DNA of 63,193 nucleotides, filler included, from Octopus bimaculoides (lineage: Eukaryota), in the NCBI RefSeq assembly GCF_001194135.2. It is 8 parts of 8 records of this genome, joined end to end, with 100 filler letters (N's around TTAATTAATTAA, not from the genome) between each part and the next. Parts side by side here need not be neighbours in the genome. Positions count along the whole stretch, not along the records: positions 20,433 to 37,506 come from NC_069004.1; 7 more parts are not named here. The stretch is one strand, 5' to 3'. Numbering within the stretch: the stretch's first letter is position 1; each line of letters starts with the position of its first letter. Made by a program: the position numbers and the translations under genes. A model generated the notes under the pieces. The model was not told where the DNA came from. It did not search any database and saw only the letters and a program-made list of their open reading frames with translations. Shown piece after piece: positions 24,825 through 37,410 of this stretch.

Positions 24825-24938
24825 CGTGCCATCATTGTGTTCTTGGTGTTGGAGAGTTGGGGGTTGTCCAACATTTACAGAAGGCTACAGGCTGTTTACA
24901 GAGATGATGCCATCGTCAAGAGCAATGTACACAGATGA
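24825..24938 (+). mobile_element. mariner transposase N-terminal HTH remnant
   Basis: RAIIVFLVLESWGLSNIYRRLQAVYRDDAIVKSNVHR* fits the mariner pattern RAVIEFL...EIHRRLQ.VYG....RSTV.RW. Confidence 0.7.
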
Positions 24939-25983
24939 ACAAGCTTAAAGAAGAGGAAACCAGCATCGAAGACAAGCTATCGATTCCAGAATTGATTCTT
25001 TGAAAGCCAAGAACTTATTCAAAATACCGCCTCTTGTCCGCCTTTGTATCATCTACCTGTCCGAACGTTTTAATTCCCTCCATTGCGTCTTTGTTCCATT
25101 TATATATATATANNNNNNNNNNNNNNNNNNNNNNNNNNNNNNNNNNNNNNNNNNNNNNNNNNNNNNNNNNNNNNNNNNNNNNNNNNNNNNNNNNNNNNNN
25201 NNNNNNNNNNNNNNNNNNNNNNNNNNNNNNNNNNNNNNNNNNNNNNNNNNNNNNNNNNNNNNNNNNNNNNNNNNNNNNNNNNNNNNNNNNNNNNNNNNNN
25301 NNNNNNNNNNNNNNNNNNNNNNNNNNNNNNNNNNNNNNNNNNNNNNNNNNNNNNNNNNNNNNNNNNNNNNNNNNNNNNNNNNNNNNNNNNNNNNNNNNNN
25401 NNNNNNNNNNNNNNNNNNNNNNNNNNNNNNNNNNNNNNNNNNNNNNNNNNNNNNNNNNNNNNNNNNNNNNNNNNNNNNNNNNNNNNNNNNNNNNNNNNNN
25501 NNNNNNNNNNNNNNNNNNNNNNNNNNNNNNNNNNNNNNNNNNNNNNNNNNNNNNNNNNNNNNNNNNNNNNNNNNNNNNNNNNNNNNNNNNNNNNNNNNNN
25601 NNNNNNNNNNNNNNNNNNNNNNNNNNNNNNNNNNNNNNNNNNNNNNNNNNNNNNNNNNNNNNNNNNNNNNNNNNNNNNNNNNNNNNNNNNNNNNNNNNNN
25701 NNNNNNNNNNNNNNNNNNNNNNNNNNNNNNNNNNNNNNNNNNNNNNNNNNNNNNNNNNNNNNNNNNNNNNNNNNNNNNNNNNNNNNNNNNNNNNNNNNNN
25801 NNNNNNNNNNNNNNNNNNNNNNNNNNNNNNNNNNNNNNNNNNNNNNNNNNNNNNNNNNNNNNNNNNNNNNNNNNNNNNNNNNNNNNNNNNNNNNNNNNNN
25901 NNNNNNNNNNNNNNNNNNNNNNNNNNNNNNNNNNNNNNNNNNNNNNNNNNNNNNNNNNNNNNNNNNNNNNNNNNNNNNNNNNN

Positions 25984-26218
25984 CTCTGTGTGTAGCCCCT
26001 TGTGAGCAGTAAAGAAATAAGAAACGTTAGCACACCGGGCGAAATGCTTAGCGGTATTTCCTCTCTCTTTATGTTCTGAGTACAAATTCCGCCAAGGTCG
26101 ACTTTGCCTTTCATCCTTTCGAAGTCGATAAATTAAGCACCAGTTACGTACCGGGGTCGATCTAATTGATTGGCCCCCTCCCCCAAAATTTCGGACCGTG
26201 TGCCTAGAGTAGAAAAGA
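25984..26218 (+). mobile_element. SINE family C copy preceded by the tandem-array linker
   Basis: GGCGAAATGCTTAGCGGTATTTC...GGTCGACTTTGCCTTTCATCCTTTCG...TGCCTAGAGTAGAAAAGA; the upstream TAGCCCCTTGTGAGCAGTAAAGAAATAAGAAACGTTAG matches the inter-unit linker at 55560-55610. Confidence 0.85.
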
Positions 26219-26219
26219 T

Positions 26220-26258
<39 letters not shown>

Positions 26259-27269
26259 TATCAAGCCTATATATTTGTGGCATATAACGACACACGTGCT
26301 TTCTGGGACTTTCTGCTCTTTCCTCCTTTTCTTCCTCTTTGGAATATAATATACGATCAGTAAATAATAATTTTTTTTAGAAAATGAAAAATATCATTAG
26401 AAGCAGGTTCTTTGACTGGTTGCCGATCCGTGTTATCACAGATCAATTCGTAATAAGCGTAACGCAATTCACAATTGTCCTACTTTCTCACATAAATTCT
26501 ATCAAATATTCAAACTGTTACTACACTTCGCTTTACGTAATCTTCTGTTTCCAAAGAGTAATTGTTGAAGATTATAAGAGAAATGAGAGACACTGAGAAA
26601 AATATCAGAGCGTTGGCATTTTGGCATTGTTCGAATTTTACTGACGATCTAAACGAAGTAAAACGAAGCAATATGCTGCAGCGATATTAGTGTGAACGCC
26701 ATGGAAAGAGAGATACAACTACGCTAGTTGTATTGATCACTGCAAAGATCCTGGAAGGAATTTCTGCTGAACAATGCAATTTAGAAACGAGAAAATAGAA
26801 ATCTATTTCATTTATCACAGTATCTTCCTTGAAATTCCCTCAGCACACGCAATCATTCCCGTACAGCTTCAGTAATCATTTAGATTTTCTACTGAACGAA
26901 AACAAAGCCTGCATCCACGAGACAAGCTATAGATAACGCAGAAAATATTACTAGCAAAGGCAGAGCAAAGCAGACACAATTATCATCTTGTCTTTTGTAT
27001 TGGATGTTGAAAGCGTGGATGGCCTCATGAATGGCGTAACAGACATTCAGTTCGCGGTTTGTGTCCTAGCAGCAGTACGTCTACCCTCGTTTATCACAGG
27101 TGTTTAATTAAAAAAGCAAAACAACGGTGTTAAACGAATCAGTATTAAATTAATAATAGAACATATGGGAAATAGGTTTCGCTCCGATACTCCAAATTAT
27201 CCCGCTANNNNNNNNNNAAATTGCTGGTAAGGACACAGTATTTCGTTTTGCAACCATAATACAGATGGT

Positions 27270-27558
27270 TAAAGACCCTCTTCGGTCATGAATGACCATG
27301 GGATTGCACCTAGTCTGGACAAGCAGTCGCCCATGCATACCAGCCTCCCCACTCCACGCCACTGACATTATCCAAAAGAAAGGCAAAGGCCAGTACAGCT
27401 TGGCACCAGTAATGCCGCAACTCATTTCTACAGCTTAGTCAAGTGGAGCCACGCAAAATAAAGTGTCTTACTCAAGAACACAACACACACCCCGTCCCAG
27501 GAATCGAACTCACTACCTCGTGATAGCCTGACGCCTTAACCACTGAGTCATGCGCCTT
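27270..27558 (-). mobile_element. tRNA-head SINE family B (CORE-like centre)
   Basis: Reverse complement of the 49840-50183 copy, with internal deletions; head AGGCGCATGACTCAGTGGTTAAG...GAGTTCGATTCC. Confidence 0.85.
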
Positions 27559-27668
27559 CACATGCAACCATAATATACTACCAAGTATATTAAAGGTTTA
27601 CAAGTCAATATCATATCTTACCTTGTGTTAGCAGTGCGGTGTGTTCACATTTAACTTTATCTCAATAG

Positions 27669-27902
27669 ATTTCCAAAAGAATTTTTAGCCACCATTGTAA
27701 CTTACGACGTCGTTTCCTGAATGAAGACGTCTATGTAAATAACCTGGCCGACCGATGCACACAAGGCATCGGTCGGCCAAACACCATCGTAGATGGCACT
27801 TCCCCGAGGAACCGTGATGCGGCATTGAAGCTAAAACTACGTGAACGCAATCAAACCGCTGAACTACACAAACAGAAGAAAGATGATATTTACTCACAAT
27901 AA
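27669..27902 (+). CDS. Candidate terminal coding exon of an unidentified gene (77 codons + TAA)
   Basis: Frame opens exactly after an acceptor-like TTTAACTTTATCTCAATAG and reads ISKRIFSHHCNLRRRFLNEDVYVNNLADRCTQGIGRPNTIVDGTSPRNRDAALKLKLRERNQTAELHKQKKDDIYSQ*, followed by TAG; unique, CpG-rich sequence; no homologue recognised. Confidence 0.3.
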   Translation: MSKRIFSHHCNLRRRFLNEDVYVNNLADRCTQGIGRPNTIVDGTSPRNRDAALKLKLRERNQTAELHKQKKDDIYSQ

Positions 27903-28284
27903 TAGTCGGTTGCGTCTTATCTTGATTACGAAACAGCCAAACTGATTTTCCTCACACATTCCGACAGAGCTGACGTGATCGTCGTTCTTCACAGAATGAA
28001 ACAACACGACAAAATCGATATTTCTTGTGTTTTCTTGTCCAGGCCTTGTCTCAGTTTCTTCCCAAATTTCTCACTTTGGTTTCGGATTTGTTTGACGTAA
28101 CAAGGAGACAGCTAAGTCCTGCTGACATTCATTCGCAGTTATTTTTTTTTGTTGATGCTGTTGTTGTTACTGGTGTCGTTGTCATAATTGCAACCATCAC
28201 CTATACAACTACCACCACTACCACCACTACCGCAGCCAAGCCCCCACCTCCCCTTGCCGCCGCCGCCTCGGTGGTTGCTACTAT

Positions 28285-28323
<39 letters not shown>

Positions 28324-29574
28324 AAAAAGAAGACGTGGAAGATGGAGAAATAGTAGTTTAACAGTACTACTATTGCTGCTGCTGCTACCACCATATATAC
28401 ATACACATGCTCCTATGCATATGTAATCACAATACTAACTACGACTAGTACTACCACTGAAGAAAGTGGCATAATACGATAACTAGTAGTAGTAGTAGTA
28501 GTAGTGGTAGTAGTAGTAGTAGTAGTAGTAGTAGCTGCAGCAGCAGCAGTAGCAGTAGCACCGCCACCAGCAACAGCAGCAGCAGTACCCGGTAGAAACC
28601 TCCAAATATCACAAATACCCCAATTACTAAAACGATAGACACCACCTGCTCCACCTGTGAATATCGCAGAATGAACGGCCATTGAAGCAAGGTTGTCGTT
28701 ACTCCTCCATCCCGTGCCTACCCACCCACCCCCTACTCCCAGATGATCTCGAGGGTCTTTCGGAGGGGGGGGGGGCTCTGAACTGTAAATAAAGAACACA
28801 ACAGGACATCAATCATATTCTTCTTACAGTTGCAATATGGAATGAAAAAAAACACCTGAGAGATATTTGATTGTCGGATATTGGGATAGAGGGAGACTTC
28901 ATAGTCGGATACGGGGATAAAGGGAAACTTTATAGTCGCATAATGGTGTACAGACCAGATGGTGGAGTACTAGTACAGAAAACTTGTTAGTCGGATATCG
29001 TGGTATGGAGACCTGATAACGATGCAGGAATGTCGGGTTCTACGGGACAAATCTCATCAACCATTTTCAAGCTGGTGCACATTCTGTATGATTGTCAGGA
29101 CAAACCGCTCTAGAAACAGCATTGTAAATCATTTTGGTAATAATGTAATGCCCCAAAGGAGACAGCACTTTACGGATTTACGGACACTTGGACAGCTGTT
29201 AATGTTGTGGATGAAATCTTCCACTCTGGCACATCCTAAATTTTCTGTCACAACTTATTGCAATGCTCCAATGGTTTTCTTTACTGTTAAAATTATTGAT
29301 AAATTCTAGATCTGGTGTGCTGTTCGTATGGCTGTCAGGATAATCCTGCCTTTCAATAACATTGTAAATAATCTTGGCAACGATGTACTGTGTACTTGTT
29401 ATCAAGTTCCACTGGGCTGTGTGATATCAGATTTACATGAAAGTCTGGAAATGCTGGCGTTTTTCCAAGAAAGACCAAAGTAAACTGACTCCCATCTTCC
29501 AAATCGATTTGGAAGTGACATTTTCAAAACGTTCCAATGATGCTCGATTACAGTTTCCTGGAACGAACAAATAT

Positions 29575-29645
29575 ACACACAACACCGGTTGTCAAGTGAT
29601 GATGAGGGGGGGGGACAATTACAGACACACACGCATAGATATATA

Positions 29646-29714
<69 letters not shown>

Positions 29715-29855
29715 GACGGGCCTCTTTCAGTTTCAGTCGACCAAATCTACTCGCGAAGCTATTGAAGAAGACACTTTTCCAAGGTACCACACAATGGGAC
29801 TGAACCCAACTCCACGTAGTTGGGGAGCACACTTATTACCCGACACTCGCGCCTG
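29575..29855 (-). mobile_element. SINE family A with internal (TA)n
   Basis: ACGACGGGCCTCTTTCAGTTTC...GAAGACACTTTTCCAAGG...GGGACTGAACCC, with an internal deletion. Confidence 0.8.
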
Positions 29856-30159
29856 AGGCAATGCGGTGATACGAAAAGCTGTTGATTTTCAGCCAACGAA
29901 GGTGACCAGCCAATACAGTTAATAACTTTGCAAATAATATCTGTAAGCGGAACCATAAATATATATAAGACTTTTATGAAGTTGAATTCGTCTTTACCGC
30001 TGTTGTAACTCATATTCCAGTGATGGAGTTTGTTTTTCGTTTTTTTTTTGTTTTGTTAGAATCAATTCTTTCTTTATAAGAAGAAAAACACTTCTTATGA
30101 ATTAAAACAGAAATGTAAACCACGTGTGTATGTATCTATAGGTGTGAGTTTTGTTGCGT

Positions 30160-30490
30160 CTGGTCATTTGCATAATTACTCTGCCAATAGCGGAGACATC
30201 ATTTGCATAATTAACCTTTTAGAAGTGGCGACAATATATATATATAATTAACCTGTTAATAATGATGACTTCATTTGCATATTTTTCGTATTAATAGCAA
30301 TAATGTAATTTGCAAAATAACCCTCTTGGTAACGGCGACATCATTAGCGTACTTCACATGTTAGTAATGAAGACCTCATTTGCATAATTAACCTTTTAGA
30401 AGTGGCGACAATATATATACATAATTAACCTGTTAGTAATGAAGACCTCATTTGCATACTTCCTCTATAAGTAGCGGTGACGTAATCCGT
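30160..30490. repeat. 35-36-bp minisatellite (about 9 units) carrying ATTTGCAT octamers
   Basis: Perfect ATTTGCAT at 30166, 30201, 30273, 30378, 30450; variants at 30308 and 30343; spacings are 35 or 72 bp. Confidence 0.85.
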
Positions 30491-30781
30491 CAGTAATAGG
30501 TGCATCATTCATAGATGGTCCCTCTTCGGAGCCCTTTTGTGCCCTATTTTTATTTTCATATTTGTAAATTTAACTAAATATCGTTACTTTTAATATTTTC
30601 ATTTAAATATGATTTTTGTTCAATCATAATAATTTACGTCATTGTAGTTTTATATTGTATTTTTTATTTTTTATGAATTTCACTGTTGTATATTTTTATT
30701 ATGTATTTTTATATAATTGATCCTACACTTTCTCTGTTTCCCTTTCTCTCTTTCTTCTCTTCTCTATCTCTGTCTGCTCTC

Positions 30782-30821
<40 letters not shown>

Positions 30822-31080
30822 TCCCACTCTCCACCAAAAATTCATTTCCTACATAGACTATGAAATTGTTCAACTAAATTTATGTATTCTGATCTTCTGA
30901 ATGTTGTGCATAGGATTCTAGCCGCATGTTTTCTGTCAGTTAAATCGTTTTTACATGTTTATATAATAAAGAGGAATTATTGAAGCTACTGTCAAGTATC
31001 TGCGGAAAGAAATTCTTTTAGTTTAAAAGAAATATTTTAATAAAGTTCTCATTCGTCTGAAATATTTTCTATTCATTTCA

Positions 31081-31128
<48 letters not shown>

Positions 31129-32149
31129 TGTGTGTATGTGTATAGAGTATTAGAAGTGGTGTATATATATTGTATATTGAGGAAAAGGAGGCAGTCAGAA
31201 TTTTGAATAATTCTTTATTAGCCTTTCGTTCGTTTTTTGAACTCGTCAAGACAAAATCAAAATCAAAATAGTAAAAGCAGAACGTTTCGTTGTTCATTTA
31301 TATGAATCGGATGCTTTTTTACTTTGTTTAGAAGAGGAGAATATTGTTTTGTTTCTTGTTTTTTGAAAGAGAGAAAGAGAGAAAGAAATGCAAAGAGGAG
31401 GTGGGGAAATAGACAGAGAGAGAGATTTCGGGACAATTAAGAAAGTGGAGAAAAAATAAAATTTCCACTGTAGGTTAAGGTACAATCTACTTTCTTAGTG
31501 TGTAACACATCTCTACATCCAAATAATTAAATAAATAAACGAGTAAGTAAAATGCGAAACCTCATTGACCCTGCTGAAACGTCTATAATTTGATTACATC
31601 TGCTACAACCCGAATATATTTTAATCTGCATGCAGAGTCGTATAATTATCTCGAATGAGAAGTGTCAAATTGAGGAAAGCGTAAGATGTATGGGTGATCA
31701 ATCTTGATGATAAACTAACAAATACCGTGACCAATCAAATGATCTTATACCTATATAACTAATATTGAATTGGTATTGCTATGTAATTAGTTTATCTCCA
31801 GACTTGATCTACCGTTCGTGAATGAATGTTAAATGCTGAACTTATATTGATAACATCCGTGCGTCGCACAAAAGTTCATTATTGATAAAATAATGTGACA
31901 GACGGCTGCAAGAGAATTTGATGTTTATGTTTTAAAGAAGTTCAGTTTGCAACCACGTGGTTCCGACTTCTGTCTTACACCGTGGCGGCCATGGTTGTTT
32001 CCAGTGACAAACATTGCAGGAAGAATGGTTCCATTTTGATTGCAAGTCCATGTCTTTTTCCTAGAAGAGCTAGCTTCCCCACGGCTTTGTCAAAAATAAT
32101 TGGAAACTCCTCTACACTTGGGAAATCTTTTTAACCCATAGAAGGAACC

Positions 32150-32290
32150 CTGACAGGAACTACCGTTCCGAGTTAGAAGGGACCTGGGAGTAATGGTAAT
32201 TAGGGGACGATTCCACACTCCCTACAACTCCAGAATTTCCGAACTGGAGCCTCCCGCCGGATGCAGTTTAATGGCATATCCATGACACAC
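32150..32290 (+). mobile_element. Interspersed repeat, probable LINE 3' end
   Basis: GGAGTAATGGTAATTAGGGGACGATTCCACACTCCC...CTGGAGCCTC...GATGCAGTTTAATGGCATATCCATGACAC ending in (CA)n; recalled family, unverified. Confidence 0.35.
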
Positions 32291-33459
32291 ACACACACAC
32301 ACACACACANNNNNNNNNNNNNNNNNNNNNNNNNNNNNNNNNNNNNNNNNNNNNNNNNNNNNNNNNNNNNNNNNNNNNNNNNNNNNNNNNNNNNNNNNNN
32401 NNNNNNNNNNNNNNNNNNNNNNNNNNNNNNNNNNNNNNNNNNNNNNNNNNNNNNNNNNNNNNNNNNNNNNNNNNNNNNNNNNNNNNNNNNNNNNNNNNNN
32501 NNNNNNNNNNNNNNNNNNNNNNNNNNNNNNNNNNNNNNNNNNNNNNNNNNNNNNNNNNNNNNNNNNNNNNNNNNNNNNNNNNNNNNNNNNNNNNNNNNNN
32601 NNNNNNNNNNNNNNNNNNNNNNNNNNNNNNNNNNNNNNNNNNNNNNNNNNNNNNNNNNNNNNNNNNNNNNNNNNNNNNNNNNNNNNNNNNNNNNNNNNNN
32701 NNNNNNNNNNNNNNNNNNNNNNNNNNNNNNNNNNNNNNNNNNNNNNNNNNNNNNNNNNNNNNNNNNNNNNNNNNNNNNNNNNNNNNNNNNNNNNNNNNNN
32801 NNNNNNNNNNNNNNNNNNNNNNNNNNNNNNNNNNNNNNNNNNNNNNNNNNNNNNNNNNNNNNNNNNNNNNNNNNNNNNNNNNNNNNNNNNNNNNNNNNNN
32901 NNNNNNNNNNNNNNNNNNNNNNNNNNNNNNNNNNNNNNNNNNNNNNNNNNNNNNNNNNNNNNNNNNNNNNNNNNNNNNNNNNNNNNNNNNNNNNNNNNNN
33001 NNNNNNNNNNNNNNNNNNNNNNNNNNNNNNNNNNNNNNNNNNNNNNNNNNNNNNNNNNNNNNNNNNNNNNNNNAACATTGTTTATGATTTCAATGACTTC
33101 ATTTCCTTAGTTTTTAACGGAAATGTCATCGAGAACTGCATTGCAAGACCAGGAAAATTCTCAAAAATTGCTGCTTTAGTACCAAAAATGTCGATGCTGT
33201 AGTAGTTTTCTTTTCATATTTGCAACACAAAATAAAATAAAACAGACGAAACGGACACTGATACTTGTTCTTCCGTCTGCCAAGGTTGACGCATTCAACA
33301 AAATTTAAACATTTTTTTTTTTCATCTCAAGAATCTTATTTCGTGATGATGATTATTTGCTTTGATTATGTTCCTATTCATTAACACGATGCGGCAAATT
33401 TAAACGTATCGCTATTGTATTTTGCCTTTTGAGAACAGTTTCTCCCTTCAGATAGAGTG

Positions 33460-33508
33460 ACTTTGAAACCCCGGTGTTTCGACCTCATTGTATCTCCTCA
33501 GTCAAAGC
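33460..33508 (-). ncRNA. Type I hammerhead ribozyme motif with intact core
   Basis: Minus strand: GCUUUGA-CUGAGGA-GAU(acaaugag)GUC-GAAA-C(accggg)G-UU-UCAAAGU. Stem I is 7 bp, G10.1-C11.1 and A15.1-U16.1 are present, and the cleavage triplet is GUU. Confidence 0.7.
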
Positions 33509-34600
33509 TACCCGTATATGTGAATCTAAACAAGAATGTGTTTATAGAATTCAGCAAATTATTTGCTGAATTATTTGCTGATATTTACCAAGTCAATAAT
33601 AAATTATCATGAGCACGTAAAACAGTGACAATCAAAATAATGGTGCGTATTGTCATTGTTAACATGTTCTGGGAGATTTGAACGGGTATATGTTAATCAC
33701 TATTCTATTTTTCCTTCGGGGAATAGCTTCGTTTTTCAGACAATGTGCGTTGGCAACACAAACGTTTCAGGGACGTATTTAGGATAAAAACCAACTTCTG
33801 ATGTGCAGTAGGATTATTTAACCAGGTAGGATTATTTAATCTAGCCCCGACCAATGACCAAGCAATGATTGTCGTCCATAATGGTGACTAACAACTTTGT
33901 ACGTTTGGTTCCAGATCCAGAAGGAAGCTTAATTCGTTTCTATCGTTGATAGAGAGTTGTATTATTCATTCGATGTAACAGTTTCCTTTCCTTATATTTT
34001 TCTTTCTGATGACAGGAAGGCACAGTTGTTTCTTTTTCTCCTTTTCTCTTTCGGATGACAGACTAAACCAGAATTGAATTCATGAACTTTTAAAAAGAAG
34101 TAATCTTTAATTGCAGCATTTGATGAAGAATTCTAGAACTGGTGTAACATTTGCAAAATATTGCTGATAGCGTGACTAAAAAGAATTATAAATTCTACAA
34201 AATATTCATGCCAGAAGCTTTGATTATTCAATTTTCTTCATGAATAAATGTAATTTTTTTTTTTTACAAAAAACTCTTAATGCAATAAATGATTTGATTT
34301 CCACAAAATGAACACATTTTAGAAATCAAGATCTGCTAGAATTTGGATCTGTTGGAAGAGCAATATTAGACGAAAGAGAAAAAAGAAGAAAAAGGAGGAG
34401 GTGGAGGAGAAAAGGCAGAGGAGAGAGAGAGGCGGAGGAAATGAAGGGGTGAAATAGTGGTGTGTATCGCAAAATAATCTACGTCATTCGAAATAAAACA
34501 AAACGAAAAAAAATATCCGTTTCCATTTAAATACCCCTTTTAAACACACGTATACACATATACACATGTAGTTATCTGTCTGTCTCACTCTCTTTCTCTC

Positions 34601-34631
<31 letters not shown>

Positions 34632-34696
34632 NNNNNNNNNNNNNNNNNNNNNNNNNNNNNNNNNNNNNNNNNNNNNNNNNATATATACCTATGCAG

Positions 34697-34727
<31 letters not shown>

Positions 34728-34955
34728 AGCACATGCATAAATGCACGTGTTTCACTCTTCTAGCTTTTATTTTCCCTTCTCCCCAATACGTGCTACTAAT
34801 ACATTAGTGTACACAACTACATCAACACATACAAACACACAAAAGACTGCGAAAACAAATAATGCATAATATATAATGAAACACCTCTGGTTAAAAATAG
34901 TGGCATCTTTTGGGGAAACAGCCTTATCCATGATTCAGGCTATCAACACAAGAGC

Positions 34956-35022
<67 letters not shown>

Positions 35023-35588
35023 GACAACGATGGCAATAATGAAAGATGAAGCAACAGCAGAAAGTTTGCAAAGGAAGAAATGTTTAGAAGAGAATAAGAG
35101 AAAAATCATTCACCGAGGAATAACATTAGCTGAGAAAATATGTGTGTGAGAGAGAGAGGGGGGAGAGAATGAGAGAGGGAGAAGAATTACAGAATTCTAT
35201 TCGTGTTCGCTTTTAATCATAGTTTTGTACATAGTTTTGGGTGGGAGTAGGCGGTAAAGTGGTGGAACAGGAAGTGTAGATGCTTTGGCCCTTTCCAAAG
35301 TGTATAATGACAGATTTTTGACTAAATTTTTGAGACGCTGGTCCAACCATATAGCTCTAAGTTCAGTCCCAAGGTTGGAAGCAAAACACTTGTTAGACGC
35401 ACAATGTAGGAGCACGCCTTTGATAAAAGGTCAGAAGAAATGCCACTCTAATGTTTAAATCAAATATATTACGTAGCTTCTGATATGCAACTTTTGCGTG
35501 AACTGGCGTTGAAAACAGAGTTGCTACAGAAACAATTGTAACTGGTCATTAAATATGTGATAAACTCTTCCTTTGTTTTCTTACTTGG

Positions 35589-35637
<49 letters not shown>

Positions 35638-36102
35638 NNNNNNNNNNGTAAAACGATCACTCTTTCTTTCCTTCTCTGTTGGTTCTTTTTTTTCTTGTTT
35701 TTTTCTTGTCACACAAATACACACACGCGCACACAAACACACTCACACACACATACGACAAGCATGAATAACCAAACACACTAAAACCATTTGGCCATAA
35801 AGACACCATTTAATGAAGACATATCTACCCACGACAGATATGTCATTGATTTCATTTCCAGACATTCATAAAGAAGCCCAGCCCTTGCCTTTCACCCCAC
35901 CTACACATGTATCTTTACTTTTGTTGTTGAGCACTGGCAAAGTAACAAACACCCATCCAAAATTTAGACAACAGCGTACCAACGTCAGCTGAACACAACG
36001 AACTGCACCTACATAAACACACCATTCTTTTCCTTCAACAAAAATCAAACTTTCAAACAAAAGTAAACACAGACAAACACACACACACACGTACGCGCAC
36101 GC

Positions 36103-36133
<31 letters not shown>

Positions 36134-37269
36134 AATTCCATAAAAGAGTAAATCACTCAGCCGTGATAAACTCCATTCAGTGGCGACGTAGGTAACAACT
36201 GTGTCTACGACTACATTATCCAATATGTTCTTCTTTCTTTTTCTGCTTCTTTTTTTTGTAGATGATTTAAAGCAATAGGAATGAGATTTGACTATTATTT
36301 CTAGTAGTTCCAAAGACCAGGTTGAGTCTCCCTGATCGGCAAGTTCTGTTATAGGAAATCTATGAACAGGAAATCTATATTTCTTCCAATACAGATTAGA
36401 ACGATTTATAATTCACAGAAGGAAAGTTTATCACACACTCTCCTACAATCAAAGCCGAGATTTGTTCTGTTTATTATTTTTTCGTTGTCGAAATCCATTA
36501 TATTTTTCCGTGGTTGAACTTGTGGAAAATTTCTCTTGGTGAAGAACACTGGAGGTAAAGTAACTAAAATTTGCTCGGCAGTATTGACAGATTTATGTAT
36601 GTAGTATCGTATCAGCTGCTATTGATGAATTTGCGATACATTTCGAGAAGATTCTTTGCTGTTTATAGACTAGAAAACAAATTTTCACTTAATCCGTAAA
36701 ATATGTAGTTACACTGATGGTTGCAGTAAAATTCTCCTTCCTCTTTTCTCGTGTGTGTGTGTGTGTGTGTACATTATACATGCATATATATATATATGTA
36801 ACATTTTGGACTAATGGATATATGTCGATTAGTGTATTAATGTGTTGAGCAAAGCGCAGGTACGGTTTTTGGCTACCTGATGTCGGGATATATCCCTGCA
36901 GTCGGGATATACTTCCGTTGGATCTGCTGCTTCAGGAATTTCGCAGTGTTAGTTGAGATTATAATAATAATCGTTTAAGTAAGCAGAAGATGTATTTGGT
37001 ATTGGTCTTTATTTTGTACGACCATAGTTTCGACGATCGTTTATATATATATTTATATATAAACGAACACCAGTACAACGGCCACAGTTACAACCACCAT
37101 CGCCATCACCACCATCACCACCATGAGCACGAATATGTCCAGTTTTGACACATAATACTGAAATAGTGGAATAGTTTCAGTATTAAAGTGAAAGTATCTG
37201 ACATTACAGTAGAGTGATGTTATTGTTTCACTTTTGATACATAATACTGAAATAGTGGAGAAGATATGA

Positions 37270-37410
37270 TATTGGTGTGGGCTCGAACTATGCAAAAAGT
37301 TTTTTAGAATTTTTGGCCTAAGACACTACATGGACCCTAAGTAAGGCATGTGCAAATTTGGAATGAAATTGGTTGTGTAGTTCTCGAGTTTTAGGGATTC
37401 ACACTGACCA
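37270..37410 (+). mobile_element. Possible Helentron/DINE-like remnant
   Basis: GCATGTGCAAATTTGGAATGAAATTGGTTGTGTAGTTCTCGAGTT resembles the DINE/HINE core-B-type sequence; pattern recall only. Confidence 0.3.

Noticed and set aside
28413-28799. Minus-strand ORFs with a hydrophobic stretch (VEQVVSIVLVIGVFVIFGGFYR; Thr-rich tail)
   Set aside because: Largely built from (GTA)n/(GCA)n repeats, with a weak donor and no recognisable homology; not supportable as a CDS.
35197-35460. Overlapping ~67-72-codon open frames on both strands
   Set aside because: No clear splice sites or homology; within chance expectation for a 63-kb window.
37030-37175. Short AT-rich hairpins (TCGTTTATATATA/TATATATAAACGA; TAATACTGAAA/TTTCAGTATTA)
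   Set aside because: Low-complexity, and expected at this AT and (TA)n density.
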